Of a stretch of DNA of 30,209 nucleotides, positions 6,810 to 18,100 are shown one piece after another (the first letter of the stretch is position 1; every line of letters begins with the position of its first letter). The position numbers and the translations under genes were made by a program. The stretch covers positions 1 to 30,209 of the forward strand of contig USBY01000018.1 of the NCBI GenBank assembly GCA_900553015.1, given 5' to 3'. The notes beneath the pieces were generated by a model that made no database searches, had not been told where the DNA came from, and saw only the letters and a list, made by a program, of their open reading frames with translations. Origin of the DNA: an uncultured Clostridium sp. GTDB lineage: Bacteria; Bacillota; Clostridia; TANB77; CAG-508.

Positions 6810-9800
6810 GTGTACAAAAAAGTAGAACTTAAAGACGGTTTTGTAGGCATGGAAAATGATGTAGCAAAACTATGGAAAGAAAAAGACATTGTTAAGAAAA
6901 ACTTTGCAATGAACGAAGGAAAAAGATACTTCACATTTTATGATGGACCTCCAACAGCAAATGGAAGACCACATGTTGGACATATCGAAACAAGGGTAAT
7001 GAAAGACATTATACCAAGATACAAAGTAATGAAAGGTTACAAAGTATTAAGAAAAGCTGGTTGGGATACACATGGACTTCCAGTTGAACTAGAAATAGAA
7101 AAAGAATTAGGAATTTCAGGAAAACAACAAATAGAAGAATATGGTGTAGAAAAATTCGTAAAGAAATGTAAAGAAAGTGTTTTCACATATGTTCATCTAT
7201 GGGAAGAAATGACAAACAAAGTAGGATTCTGGGTAGATATGGAAAAACCATATGTAACATATCATAATGAATATATAGAATCTGTATGGTGGGCATTAAA
7301 AGAAATGTGGAAAAAGGGATTATTATATGAAGGTCATAAAGTAATGCCATATTGCCCAAGATGTGGAACAGCACTTTCATCACACGAAGTTGCACAAGGA
7401 TATAAAGATGTAAAAGATTTAACTTGTATAGCTAAATTTAAAGTAAAAGGTGAAGATAATAAATATATATTAGCATGGACAACAACACCTTGGACTTTAC
7501 CATCAAACTTAGCACTATGTGTTAATAAAGCTTACACATATGCAGATGTTAAAGTAAATGTTGGAACTGAGGAAGAACCAAAATATGAAGTATATGTTTT
7601 AGCTAAAGATTTAGTAGAAACCGTTTTAAAAGACAAAGAATATGAAGTTTTAAAAGAATATAAAGGAACAGAATTATTAGGAACAAAATATGAACAATTA
7701 ATGCCATTTGCAAAAGTAGATGGAAAAGCATTCGAAGTAATCCATGGGGACTATGTAACATTAACAGATGGTACAGGAATAGTACACATTGCACCAGCAT
7801 ATGGTGAAGATGATAGTTTAGTTGCAAAACAAAATGGAATAACTTTTGTAAATTTAGTAGATAAAGAAGGAAAATTTGTTCCAGAAGTAGAACCTTGGGC
7901 AGGTAAATTCGTAAGAGATTGTAACGAAGGTATCTGTAAATGGTTAGAAGAAGAAAATAAATTGTTCAGTAAAGAAAAACATCTACATTCTTATCCACAC
8001 TGCTGGAGATGTGACACACCACTTTTATATTATCCAAAAGAGAGTTGGTTTGTTGCAATGAGCAAACTAAGAGACAATTTATTAAAAAATAATGACACAA
8101 TAAATTGGATGCCAGAAACAATAAAAACAGGAAGATTTGGAAAATTCCTAGAGAATGTTATAGATTGGGGAATCTCAAGAGATAGATATTGGGGAACTCC
8201 ACTTCCAATTTGGACTTGTGAATGTGGTCACCAAGAATGTATTGGAAGTATAGCAGAATTAAAAGAAAAAGGAATAAATGTACCAGACGATATAGAACTT
8301 CATAAACCATATATTGATGATGTACATTTAAAATGTCCACACTGTGGAAAAGAAATGACAAGAGCAAAAGAAGTTATAGATTGTTGGTTCGATTCTGGTT
8401 CAATGCCTTTTGCACAATGGCATTATCCATTCGAAAACAAAGAAATATTCGAAGCAAACTTCCCAGCTCAGTTTATTTCAGAAGCTATAGACCAAACAAG
8501 AGGATGGTTCTATACACTACTTGCAGTTTCTACATGTTTATTTGATAAATCATCATATGAAAACTGTATAGTATTAGGACATGTTCTAGATGATAAAGGA
8601 CAAAAAATGTCTAAATCTAAAAAGAATGGTGTAGATCCATTTGAATTATTAGATACAGTTGGAGCAGATGCTACGAGATGGCATTTCTATACATGTAGCG
8701 CACCATGGATTCCAACAAGATTATCTGTAAAAAGTGTACAAGAAACACAAAGAAAATTCTTAAGTACATTATGGAATGTATATTCATTCTATGTTCTATA
8801 TGCAGAAATAGACCAATTTAATCCATTAAACTACAAAGACTTTAAAGTAACAAATGTAATGGATAAATGGATACTTTCTAAAATGTATACATTAATAAAA
8901 GAAGTAGATGCAAAATTAGATAAATATGACATAACAGGAGCTGCTTTATTAATAGAAGACTTTACAGATGAACTTTCTAATTGGTATGTTCGTAGAAATA
9001 GAGAAAGATTCTGGGCAAGCGGAATGGAAGATGACAAAGTTGGAGCATATGTAACTTTATATAATGTTTTAGTAAATTTAGTAAAAGTTGCAGCACCATT
9101 TGTACCTTTCATAACAGACGAAATTTACCAAAACTTAGTTGTTAATTTAGATAAAGAAGCACCAGAAAGTGTACATCTATGCTTATGGCCAGAAGTAAAT
9201 GAAGCTGAAATAGATAAAGACTTAGAAAAAGAAATGGACTTAGCATACAAGATTGTTAAATTAGGTAGAAGTGCAAGAAATGCAGCTAATATCAAAAATA
9301 GACAACCACTTTCAGAAATGCTAATTTCTGTAGGAACACTTCCAGAATACTATGGAGACATCGTAAAAGATGAATTAAATGTAAAAGAAGTTGTTCTAGG
9401 AGCAGATATGTCTAAATATGTTGACTTCGAAATAAAACCAAATCTACCAGTTTTAGGAAAAGAATATGGAAAACTAATACCAAAAATAAGAGAAGCAATC
9501 TCTAAACTAAATCAAATGGATTTAGCAAACAAAGTAAAAAACGGTGGAGTAGAATACATCGAAGTAGAAGACGAACAAATACCATTAGACGAATCTAACT
9601 TATTAGTAACAATGCAAGGTAAAGAAGGATATGCCTTCGCAGGTGAAGGTGAACTTGGAGTTGTATTAGAAACAACAATAACACCAGAACTAAAAGAAGA
9701 AGGATATTTAAGAGAAATTTTATCTAAAGTACAAAACATGAGAAAAGATAGAGACTTCGAAGTATTAGATAGAATAAACTTATACTTTGCAAATTGTGAT

Positions 9801-9950
9801 ACATTAAAAGAAGTTATAGAAAAATATAAAGAACAAATAATGAAAGACACATTAGCAGACAACATCTTCTACAATGAAAAGAGAGACAACTATGTAGAAA
9901 CAAAAATAAACGATGAAAAAATAGATATAGATGTTGAAGTAGTAAAATAA
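6810..9950 (+). CDS. ileS: Isoleucyl-tRNA synthetase, type 2 (long, eukaryote-like form)
   Basis: HIGH motif [17 protein letters not shown] motif, length 1046 aa, zinc-finger-like CPHCG. GTG start with AAGGAGG SD. Confidence 0.95.
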   Translation: MYKKVELKDGFVGMENDVAKLWKEKDIVKKNFAMNEGKRYFTFYDGPPTANGRPHVGHIETRVMKDIIPRYKVMKGYKVLRKAGWDTHGLPVELEIEKELGISGKQQIEEYGVEKFVKKCKESVFTYVHLWEEMTNKVGFWVDMEKPYVTYHNEYIESVWWALKEMWKKGLLYEGHKVMPYCPRCGTALSSHEVAQGYKDVKDLTCIAKFKVKGEDNKYILAWTTTPWTLPSNLALCVNKAYTYADVKVNVGTEEEPKYEVYVLAKDLVETVLKDKEYEVLKEYKGTELLGTKYEQLMPFAKVDGKAFEVIHGDYVTLTDGTGIVHIAPAYGEDDSLVAKQNGITFVNLVDKEGKFVPEVEPWAGKFVRDCNEGICKWLEEENKLFSKEKHLHSYPHCWRCDTPLLYYPKESWFVAMSKLRDNLLKNNDTINWMPETIKTGRFGKFLENVIDWGISRDRYWGTPLPIWTCECGHQECIGSIAELKEKGINVPDDIELHKPYIDDVHLKCPHCGKEMTRAKEVIDCWFDSGSMPFAQWHYPFENKEIFEANFPAQFISEAIDQTRGWFYTLLAVSTCLFDKSSYENCIVLGHVLDDKGQKMSKSKKNGVDPFELLDTVGADATRWHFYTCSAPWIPTRLSVKSVQETQRKFLSTLWNVYSFYVLYAEIDQFNPLNYKDFKVTNVMDKWILSKMYTLIKEVDAKLDKYDITGAALLIEDFTDELSNWYVRRNRERFWASGMEDDKVGAYVTLYNVLVNLVKVAAPFVPFITDEIYQNLVVNLDKEAPESVHLCLWPEVNEAEIDKDLEKEMDLAYKIVKLGRSARNAANIKNRQPLSEMLISVGTLPEYYGDIVKDELNVKEVVLGADMSKYVDFEIKPNLPVLGKEYGKLIPKIREAISKLNQMDLANKVKNGGVEYIEVEDEQIPLDESNLLVTMQGKEGYAFAGEGELGVVLETTITPELKEEGYLREILSKVQNMRKDRDFEVLDRINLYFANCDTLKEVIEKYKEQIMKDTLADNIFYNEKRDNYVETKINDEKIDIDVEVVK

Positions 9951-9961
9951 AAATAAAAAAA

Positions 9962-10019
9962 GGGATTTGGGGACGTTCTTTCGCAGGGATTTGGGGGACG
10001 TTCCTTAAATCCCTTTTTT
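9962..10019 (+). terminator. ileS terminator built from two tandem GGGATTTGGGGACGTTC(C) direct repeats; the second forms the hairpin GGGATTT...AAATCCC plus T6
   Basis: Repeat 1 at 9962-9978, repeat 2 at 9987-10004, AAATCCC at 10007-10013, T-run at 10014-10019. Confidence 0.7.
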
Positions 10020-10046
10020 GAACTTTAGGGACGGAGCTTAAAGTTC
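10020..10046. repeat. Palindromic element GAACTTTA-GGGACGGAGC-TTAAAGTTC (copy 1)
   Basis: 8-bp perfect inverted arms; near-identical copy at 10790-10816. Confidence 0.6.
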
Positions 10047-10219
10047 ACTGGGTAGACATAAATAAAAAGTAAGAGAAAAGTCTTAAAAACTTTATTAAAA
10101 AAATCATAATAAAAATATATAAAGAAGTAGAAAATTAAGAAGATACTTAAAATTTCTACTTCTTTATTAAGTTTGTTGAAATTAAAAATATAATAAAAAA
10201 ATTTTTAGTAGTTAAAAAA

Positions 10220-10681
10220 TTATCGATTAAGTAAATAAACTCCGAAATTTAAATATGTTGCAAATAATGTCCATAATAAGTATGGAACCTGTAACCATGC
10301 AGCAGTTTTATGCTTTTCATAAAATCTAGCTATCATAATAATGATTAAAATTGCAAGAATTATAATCCATATAAAAGCAAATAATCTCCATTTGAATAAG
10401 AAGAAAGCAATAGGCCAAAGAGCATTAAAAAACAATTGTAAATAGTAGATAGAATTTATTTTTGAATCTACCAATGAATTACTTGCTAATATTCCGTATG
10501 AAATCCCCATTAAGATATAAAGAATTGTCCATACAATAGGAAAAGTCATACTAGGTGGTGATAAAGGTGGCTTTTGCAAAGAATTATAATCAATGCTTCC
10601 AGAAATAATAAATCCAACTATACTACCAATAAGAACAGGAACTATTATTGATTTTAAATAAGTTTTAAATTTTTTTGACAT
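10220..10681 (-). CDS. tspO: TspO/MBR family tryptophan-rich sensory protein
   Basis: 153 aa with 5 TM helices. Signature segments PIVWTILYILMGISYG, LFFNALWPIAFF, AAWLQVPYLLWTLFATYLNFGVY. Confidence 0.85.
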   Translation of the reverse strand: MSKKFKTYLKSIIVPVLIGSIVGFIISGSIDYNSLQKPPLSPPSMTFPIVWTILYILMGISYGILASNSLVDSKINSIYYLQLFFNALWPIAFFLFKWRLFAFIWIIILAILIIIMIARFYEKHKTAAWLQVPYLLWTLFATYLNFGVYLLNR

Positions 10682-10789
10682 TTCGAACCTCCATATTACT
10701 ATTTTATTAAAATAAATAGAAATTATACATTATAAAAAAACTAATTTGCAAGCTGGAAGCTAGTAATATAAATCGATACAAAGGAAAAT

Positions 10790-10816
10790 GAACTTTAAGG
10801 AGTGCACTTAAAGTTC
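10790..10816. repeat. Palindromic element GAACTTTAAG-GAGTGCA-CTTAAAGTTC (copy 2), followed by tandem TAAAGTTCA
   Basis: 10-bp perfect inverted arms with a 7-nt spacer; lies in the divergent intergenic region between tspO and the 10920 ORF. Confidence 0.6.
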
Positions 10817-10919
10817 ATAAAGTTCACATTGAAAATTAACATAATGTGTAGTATAATTATAAAAGATTGTAAAATGCAATTAGCCACGTTTTTATAGTTA
10901 AAAGAGGAAAAATAAGGAA

Positions 10920-11282
10920 ATGAGAAAAACGGAAGTAACCAATCTAATGTTACTCTCTTTAGACCTAAAGAGAGTAGATGAGTTTAAAGTTGCAGAAGAG
11001 GCAGAGAACTTGAAGAATGTGATAACTATTCAAGGAATAGAAAACACAATAGTTTACTTCTGCAGAAATTCCGAAGTGTCAGAATGCCTTGTTTCTGAAC
11101 TTACAATGCTTGAAGTCTGTAGCATAATTATTCTATCTATAATGGGATATGATTATGCTTGGTTATTAAAAATATTTGATATGCCAATTGACTTTAAGAA
11201 AGAATTGTCTAAACAGGGAAAGACTCAAATTCAAAGATGTAAAACTGTGAAACAGTTCATTGAAGAATATATTAAAAAGTAA
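10920..11282 (+). CDS. Hypothetical protein (120 aa)
   Basis: ORF with SD AAGAGGAAAAATAAGGAAATG; no motifs recognised. Confidence 0.4.
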   Translation: MRKTEVTNLMLLSLDLKRVDEFKVAEEAENLKNVITIQGIENTIVYFCRNSEVSECLVSELTMLEVCSIIILSIMGYDYAWLLKIFDMPIDFKKELSKQGKTQIQRCKTVKQFIEEYIKK

Positions 11283-11314
11283 AGTAACTGTTAACCACGT
11301 GGCCGAAAAATATA

Positions 11315-11338
11315 CCAGCTTTATTGCTGGTTTTTTTC
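11315..11338 (+). terminator. Intrinsic terminator
   Basis: CCAGCtttattGCTGG followed by T7. Confidence 0.7.
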
Positions 11339-11478
11339 GTTATATTCAACCAAAATTAGACTATTAAAAATTTATAAATATAATAATGATTAATAAGTCT
11401 ATAAAATTTATTAAATTTATTGTAAAAAAAATGCTATTTTTATATAATATTTTTAGTTTGTAATAGGGGGAATAAAAA

Positions 11479-12054
11479 ATGGCAAATTCAAAATTAATAG
11501 TAGTAGAAGGACCACAAGGCGCAGGCAAAACAACAATTACGGATTATTTAAGATATACAATTCCATATACAAATTTATATAGATTGTGTGGAACCGCAGA
11601 TAGTACGCCTGCAGGAAAGAAAAAAGCAGAAACAATGTATAGGGATTTAGTAGAATATTTAAAAAAATTAGGAAATCAAAGTATAAATTTAGTATTTGAT
11701 AGAACATTTTTTACAGAAGAAAATTATTGTAGATTAAAATATAAAGAGTACTCATTTACAGATGTTTATGAAGAATTACTAGCTGATTTCGCTAAATTAG
11801 ACTTTGAAATTTACTATGTTACACTATTTTTGGAAGATGAAAGTTTATATGCTCAAAGACTAAAAAGGGAGAATAAAGCAGTACCAAAATACGCTAAATT
11901 CGAAGCAGAGAAAAGTATAAATCAACAAAAAGTATATTTAGAAATGTCTGATGAAATAGCAAAGAAATATCCTAATATACATTGTTTAAAAATAGAAAAT
12001 AGTAAAGATTTAGAATTAATAAAGCAAGAATTAAAAGAAAAAATAGGGTTTTAA
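11479..12054 (+). CDS. P-loop NTPase, putative (deoxy)nucleoside/nucleotide kinase-like
   Basis: N-terminal IVVEGPQGAGKTT Walker A at the position typical of dNK/TMK-like kinases; 191 aa. Confidence 0.5.
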   Translation: MANSKLIVVEGPQGAGKTTITDYLRYTIPYTNLYRLCGTADSTPAGKKKAETMYRDLVEYLKKLGNQSINLVFDRTFFTEENYCRLKYKEYSFTDVYEELLADFAKLDFEIYYVTLFLEDESLYAQRLKRENKAVPKYAKFEAEKSINQQKVYLEMSDEIAKKYPNIHCLKIENSKDLELIKQELKEKIGF

Positions 12055-12162
12055 ACCTTGAGTATACATAAAAAATATAGTATAATAAGTTTGGAATTTT
12101 GTTGAATTTTCTATTATACAGAAAACTCAATTTACAATATATATAGATAGGAGATTTTTAAA

Positions 12163-13185
12163 GTGAACGTTTCAGATTTTTATTATGACTTACCAGAAGA
12201 ATTAATAGCACAAACACCTATAGAAAAAAGAGATGAATCAAGATTAATGGTTTTAAATAGAGCAAGCCAAACTATAGAACATAAAACATTTAAAGACATA
12301 ATAGAATACTTAGAGCCAGGAGATTGTTTAGTAAGAAATAATACAAAAGTAATACCAGCAAGATTATATGGTAAAAAAGCAACCGGAGCAAAAATAGAAT
12401 TTCTTCTATTAAATAGAATAGAAGGAGATATATGGGAATGTATTGTAAGACCAGGACATAAATTAAAACCTGGTACAGAAGTAGAATTTGGAGATGGAAT
12501 ATTAAAAGCAAAAGTACTAGATGTAATGGAAGGTGGAACAAGAAAAGTAGAATTTAAATATGAAGGAATATTTAACGAAATTCTAGATAAAATTGGTTTA
12601 ATGCCACTTCCACCATATATTCATGAATCTTTAAAAGATAATGATAGATATCAAACTGTTTATGCCAAATATGAAGGTTCAGCAGCAGCACCAACAGCAG
12701 GATTACATTTTACTCCAGAACTTTTTGAAAAAATAAAGGCAAAAGGAATTGATGTAGCAAATGTAACATTACATGTAGGAATTGGAACTTTTAGACCAGT
12801 AAAAGTAGAAAATGTAGAAGAACACCATATGCATTCAGAACATTTCTATATAAAACAAGAAGATGCAGATAAAATAAATAATGCTAAGAAAAATGGAAAA
12901 AGAGTTATAGCCGTAGGAACTACTTCTTGTAGAGTACTAGAAACAATAGCAGACGAAAATGGAATGGTAAAACCTACAGAAGGAGACACACAAATATTTA
13001 TTTATCCTGGTTATAAATATAAATGTTTAGATGGTTTAGTAACAAATTTCCATTTACCAGAATCAACACTAATAATGCTTGTATCTGCATTAGCAGGTAG
13101 AGATTATATTATGAAAGCATATAATGAGGCTGTCAAAGAAAGATATAGATTTTTCAGTTTTGGAGATGCAATGCTTATTTTGTAA
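12163..13185 (+). CDS. queA: S-adenosylmethionine:tRNA ribosyltransferase-isomerase
   Basis: N-terminus [29 protein letters not shown] is the hallmark QueA start; GTG start; 340 aa. Confidence 0.9.
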   Translation: MNVSDFYYDLPEELIAQTPIEKRDESRLMVLNRASQTIEHKTFKDIIEYLEPGDCLVRNNTKVIPARLYGKKATGAKIEFLLLNRIEGDIWECIVRPGHKLKPGTEVEFGDGILKAKVLDVMEGGTRKVEFKYEGIFNEILDKIGLMPLPPYIHESLKDNDRYQTVYAKYEGSAAAPTAGLHFTPELFEKIKAKGIDVANVTLHVGIGTFRPVKVENVEEHHMHSEHFYIKQEDADKINNAKKNGKRVIAVGTTSCRVLETIADENGMVKPTEGDTQIFIYPGYKYKCLDGLVTNFHLPESTLIMLVSALAGRDYIMKAYNEAVKERYRFFSFGDAMLIL

Positions 13186-13199
13186 GATAGGAGAAAATT

Positions 13200-13961
13200 A
13201 TGGTTATACATACAAAAAAGCAAGTTAAAACAAAAACTATTCATAAAAAGATGAATTTGCCACAAAGTTTACGAGATAAAATAGATAAATTTTGGAAAGA
13301 ACAAGTAAAAGAAAATCCAAACTTATTTAATGGGGAAGTTTGGAATGTAACAAAAATGGAAGAAAATAAAGCTGATATACTTCTAACAATAGAAAAAACA
13401 GATTATGCACACTACTTATATGATGAAAGACATGGCATAGAAGAAAAATATGCTTGCCACAATCTTGCAGGAGGAACATATATTGTTACTAAAGATGGAT
13501 ATGCTGTTGTAGGTGAACTAGATAACACAACTTCTTATCCTAGGATGATGCAAGTTTCTGGTGGAGGTATAGACGAAAAATTTGATATAGTAAATGGTGA
13601 ATTTGATTTAATAAAAACAGCAAAAAGAGAATTAAAAGAAGAATTAAATTTAGATTTAGACAATAAAGAACAAATAGAAAATTACAATTTCGAATATATA
13701 GAAAAACCAGAAGGAAAAAGACATTCATACTGTGTAATATTAAAAGCATATTCAATGTATACAAAAAATCAATTAGAAGAGCATTTTAATAAGTATTATC
13801 AATTTTTAGAAGAAACAGAAGGAGAAAAGGAATTTAAAAAATTACATTTTTTAAAACTAGGTAGAGCAGTAGAAGAATTGGACAAGCTAGATAATCCAAA
13901 AAGATTATATGTAAGACAACTTCTAGAAATAGAAGATAGAGGGGTGTTGAATAATGAATAA
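13200..13961 (+). CDS. Nudix-like hydrolase family protein (degenerate Nudix box)
   Basis: SGGGIDEKFDIVNGEFDLIKTAKRELKEELNL contains a REuxEE core with imperfect spacing. Confidence 0.4.
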   Translation: MVIHTKKQVKTKTIHKKMNLPQSLRDKIDKFWKEQVKENPNLFNGEVWNVTKMEENKADILLTIEKTDYAHYLYDERHGIEEKYACHNLAGGTYIVTKDGYAVVGELDNTTSYPRMMQVSGGGIDEKFDIVNGEFDLIKTAKRELKEELNLDLDNKEQIENYNFEYIEKPEGKRHSYCVILKAYSMYTKNQLEEHFNKYYQFLEETEGEKEFKKLHFLKLGRAVEELDKLDNPKRLYVRQLLEIEDRGVLNNE

Positions 13962-14406
13962 AAAAGAATTTGAAAAATATTTAGACAGCCTAGAGCTAGA
14001 TAAAAAAGAGTACTGTATAATAAGTGGCGGAAGTTTATTAATGCATAATTTAAAAGAAGAAACAGATGATGTGGATTTATATGTAACACAAAATTCGTTT
14101 GATAAGTTAAGTAAAAGATTTAATGTACATATAAGTGGAAAGCCATTTCCAAACCATTATACTGTAAACGAAAAAACTGAGGCTGTTTTAGTTAAAGATT
14201 TACAAAACGAAAAAATATATAATATAGATGGATATCCTTGTCGTTCTATAATAGATGATTATAATTGGTATAGACAAAATGGTAGGCCAAAGGATTTAGC
14301 TAGTGCAGATAAGATAGATACCATGTTTGAAAATATAGCCAAAGAGTTCAATTGTAAAAAAGAAGAGGTCACTGAAAGCGAAATTTTTAAATATGTAAAT
14401 AAGTAG
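13954..14406 (+). CDS. Minimal nucleotidyltransferase (Pol-beta superfamily)-like protein
   Basis: ISGGSLLMHNLKEETDDVDLYV matches the hG[GS]-x(9-13)-DhD NTase motif; overlaps the previous stop by 8 nt. Confidence 0.4.
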   Translation: MNKKEFEKYLDSLELDKKEYCIISGGSLLMHNLKEETDDVDLYVTQNSFDKLSKRFNVHISGKPFPNHYTVNEKTEAVLVKDLQNEKIYNIDGYPCRSIIDDYNWYRQNGRPKDLASADKIDTMFENIAKEFNCKKEEVTESEIFKYVNK

Positions 14407-14414
14407 GTGATTAT

Positions 14415-16023
<1,609 letters not shown>

Positions 16024-16041
16024 TTAAATAGGGGGAAAGTT

Positions 16042-17493
16042 ATGGATTTATTTGATAATGAGGAATTGTTCAAAGAAGAAAAAAAGAAAGTAAAGAAAAA
16101 AGGAATAATAATTATTTCATGTATAGTTGTAGCAATTCTTTTAATAATTGGAATAGTTGTAGCAATGATGTATTTCCAAAGTTTACAATGGGGAATTACA
16201 GTTGATGGAGTGGGAGTTTCAGTAAAAGATACAACAATTATAACAGATGAGCAAACAGGTAAAGTATTTATATCTATTTCAGATGTGGCACCATATGTAA
16301 CAGGATATACTTATTTACATGGTGAATATGGTAAAAATTCTGAAGACAATAATTCAGGTGTTGTTCAATGTAATGATGAAGCAGTAGAATTCCATGCTAA
16401 CCAAAATAAAATAAATAAAGTCTTATTAAAAGAAGACACTAATGATAACGAATATGGTTATATGTATTTATCAGAAAGGATAAAATATGCAAATGGACAA
16501 CTATATGCATATGTAGAAGATTTACAACCATTATTAAATGCAAAAGTAAATTATAACCAAGCAACGAATAAAATAACATTAGCAGGAACAGAATATTTAT
16601 ACGAACAATATCAAACAAGGATTGCAAGTTTAGGATATAATGCAGTAGATTCAAACTTTGTTAATAAAAAAGCTTTAGCTTCAGATATGATTGTTGCTCA
16701 AAAAGAAAATGGATTAACAGGAATCATTAGACCAGATGGAACAGAAATTGCAGGTCCACGTTATACAAGTGTACAATGGTTAGAAACAACAGAAGAATTT
16801 TTAGTAGAAAATAATGACAAATATGGAATTATAAGTGAATTAGGACAAACCAAAATCACTATGAGTTATGATTCTATAAAGTTATTAGATAAAGATGCAG
16901 GACTTTACATAGTAGAAAGCAATGATAAATATGGTGTAATTAACAAGAGTGAAAGACAAATACTATATGCCGAATTTGATCAAATTGGTGTAGATAAAAA
17001 TCAATATCCAAGTGTACAAGATGGAAATCAATATTTATTCTATGATTCTATTATACCTGTAGAAAGAGATGAAAAATGGGGATTATATAACATAAATGGA
17101 GAAGTTATATTACCAGTAGAATATGACAGTATCGGTTGTATAGTAACTTCAACACAAACAAAATCTGCAAACAATGCAGTACTACTAGAAGACTACGAAG
17201 GAATTATAGTAGGAAAAGAAATAAGTGAAAATGATACAAATAAGAAATATGCAGTATATAACCCATTAGGAGAACAATTAGTTGGATTCTTATTAGATAA
17301 TATTTTCTATAGAACAGAAAATGGAAAAGATGTTTATTATCTAGAGATGAATGGACAACAAGGAAACTTAGATGAAGTATTTAAGGCAAATGGAATTAAG
17401 AAAGTTAATACAGATGTTAATGATTCAAATTTAAATAACAATATGAACATTAATAACGGAACATCTGATACAAATGAATTAGTAAGAAATTAA
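16042..17493 (+). CDS. Membrane-anchored WG-repeat (KWG/WG_beta_rep-like) protein
   Basis: N-terminal TM helix; repeated DKYGII/DKYGVI/EKWGLYNINGEVILPVEYDSIG modules. Confidence 0.55.
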   Translation: MDLFDNEELFKEEKKKVKKKGIIIISCIVVAILLIIGIVVAMMYFQSLQWGITVDGVGVSVKDTTIITDEQTGKVFISISDVAPYVTGYTYLHGEYGKNSEDNNSGVVQCNDEAVEFHANQNKINKVLLKEDTNDNEYGYMYLSERIKYANGQLYAYVEDLQPLLNAKVNYNQATNKITLAGTEYLYEQYQTRIASLGYNAVDSNFVNKKALASDMIVAQKENGLTGIIRPDGTEIAGPRYTSVQWLETTEEFLVENNDKYGIISELGQTKITMSYDSIKLLDKDAGLYIVESNDKYGVINKSERQILYAEFDQIGVDKNQYPSVQDGNQYLFYDSIIPVERDEKWGLYNINGEVILPVEYDSIGCIVTSTQTKSANNAVLLEDYEGIIVGKEISENDTNKKYAVYNPLGEQLVGFLLDNIFYRTENGKDVYYLEMNGQQGNLDEVFKANGIKKVNTDVNDSNLNNNMNINNGTSDTNELVRN

Positions 17494-17506
17494 AGTAATA
17501 ATTAAT

Positions 17507-17538
17507 AGCCTCCCTAAATAGAATTTATTAGGGAGGCT
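17507..17538 (+). promoter_or_regulatory. Perfect 11-bp hairpin sequestering the SD of the downstream gene
   Basis: AGCCTCCCTAA-atagaattta-TTAGGGAGGCT. The GGGAGG SD (17531-17536) lies in the 3' arm, 8 nt before ATG 17545. No U-tract follows. Confidence 0.6.
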
Positions 17539-17544
17539 TAAATT

Positions 17545-17934
17545 ATGGAAGAAGGAATATTAAAAAAGAATGGAATTGCTATATTAAAAGGGGAAATAAT
17601 AGCTTTTATAATAAATATCTTTGGACTAATAATTTTATCATTAATAATGACATATTCTAGTATTTCGGATAATAATATACCAACATTAGTAATAGCAGTA
17701 AATACATTAGCAATTTTAATAGGAAGTTCAATTGCAACTATTAAGTTAGAAAAGAAAGGAATAGTAAATGGCTTAATAATAGGTGTATTATATATGCTTA
17801 TTTATTTATTAATTTCTTTAATATTTTCAGGAAATATTAATTTTTCTAGCAAAACTATTTTATTAATTATTTTAGGTGTTATTGCTGGGGGAATAGGAGG
17901 AATAATAGGAGTTAATCTTAATAGGAAAAAATAG
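17545..17934 (+). CDS. Small integral membrane protein (3-4 TM), possibly TIGR04086/YrzE-like
   Basis: 129 aa, Gly/Ile-rich TM segments. The YrzE assignment rests on my memory that such a protein lies near queA/tgt in Firmicutes; I cannot check it here. Confidence 0.4.
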   Translation: MEEGILKKNGIAILKGEIIAFIINIFGLIILSLIMTYSSISDNNIPTLVIAVNTLAILIGSSIATIKLEKKGIVNGLIIGVLYMLIYLLISLIFSGNINFSSKTILLIILGVIAGGIGGIIGVNLNRKK

Positions 17935-18004
17935 GATAATAAAGTGATGTTTAAATCGTAGATTTATCTACGGAATCAATAACTAAAGTTTACCAATTAT
18001 AAAA

Positions 18005-18039
18005 TTCAACTATTTAGGAAAAAGTAGTTGAATTTTTTT
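18005..18039 (+). terminator. Intrinsic terminator
   Basis: TTCAACTA-tttaggaaaaag-TAGTTGAA followed by T7. Confidence 0.7.
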
Positions 18040-18100
18040 ATGATTTAAGATAGAATTTAACAAGACTATATTCAATGTTTTTAACTAAGGAGGAGAAAAA

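Noticed and set aside
7183-9865. Six small ORFs (five minus-strand, one plus-strand out of frame) inside ileS
   Set aside because: ileS is unambiguous over its full length (HIGH and KMSKS motifs). The embedded ORFs are antisense or out of frame, low-complexity (L/H/F-rich), and lack ribosome-binding sites.
9951-10219. Small ncRNA gene in the 270-bp ileS-tspO intergenic region
   Set aside because: The region is explained by the ileS terminator repeats, the palindromic element and the AT-rich 3' flank of tspO; there is no promoter-plus-terminator pair delimiting a separate transcript.
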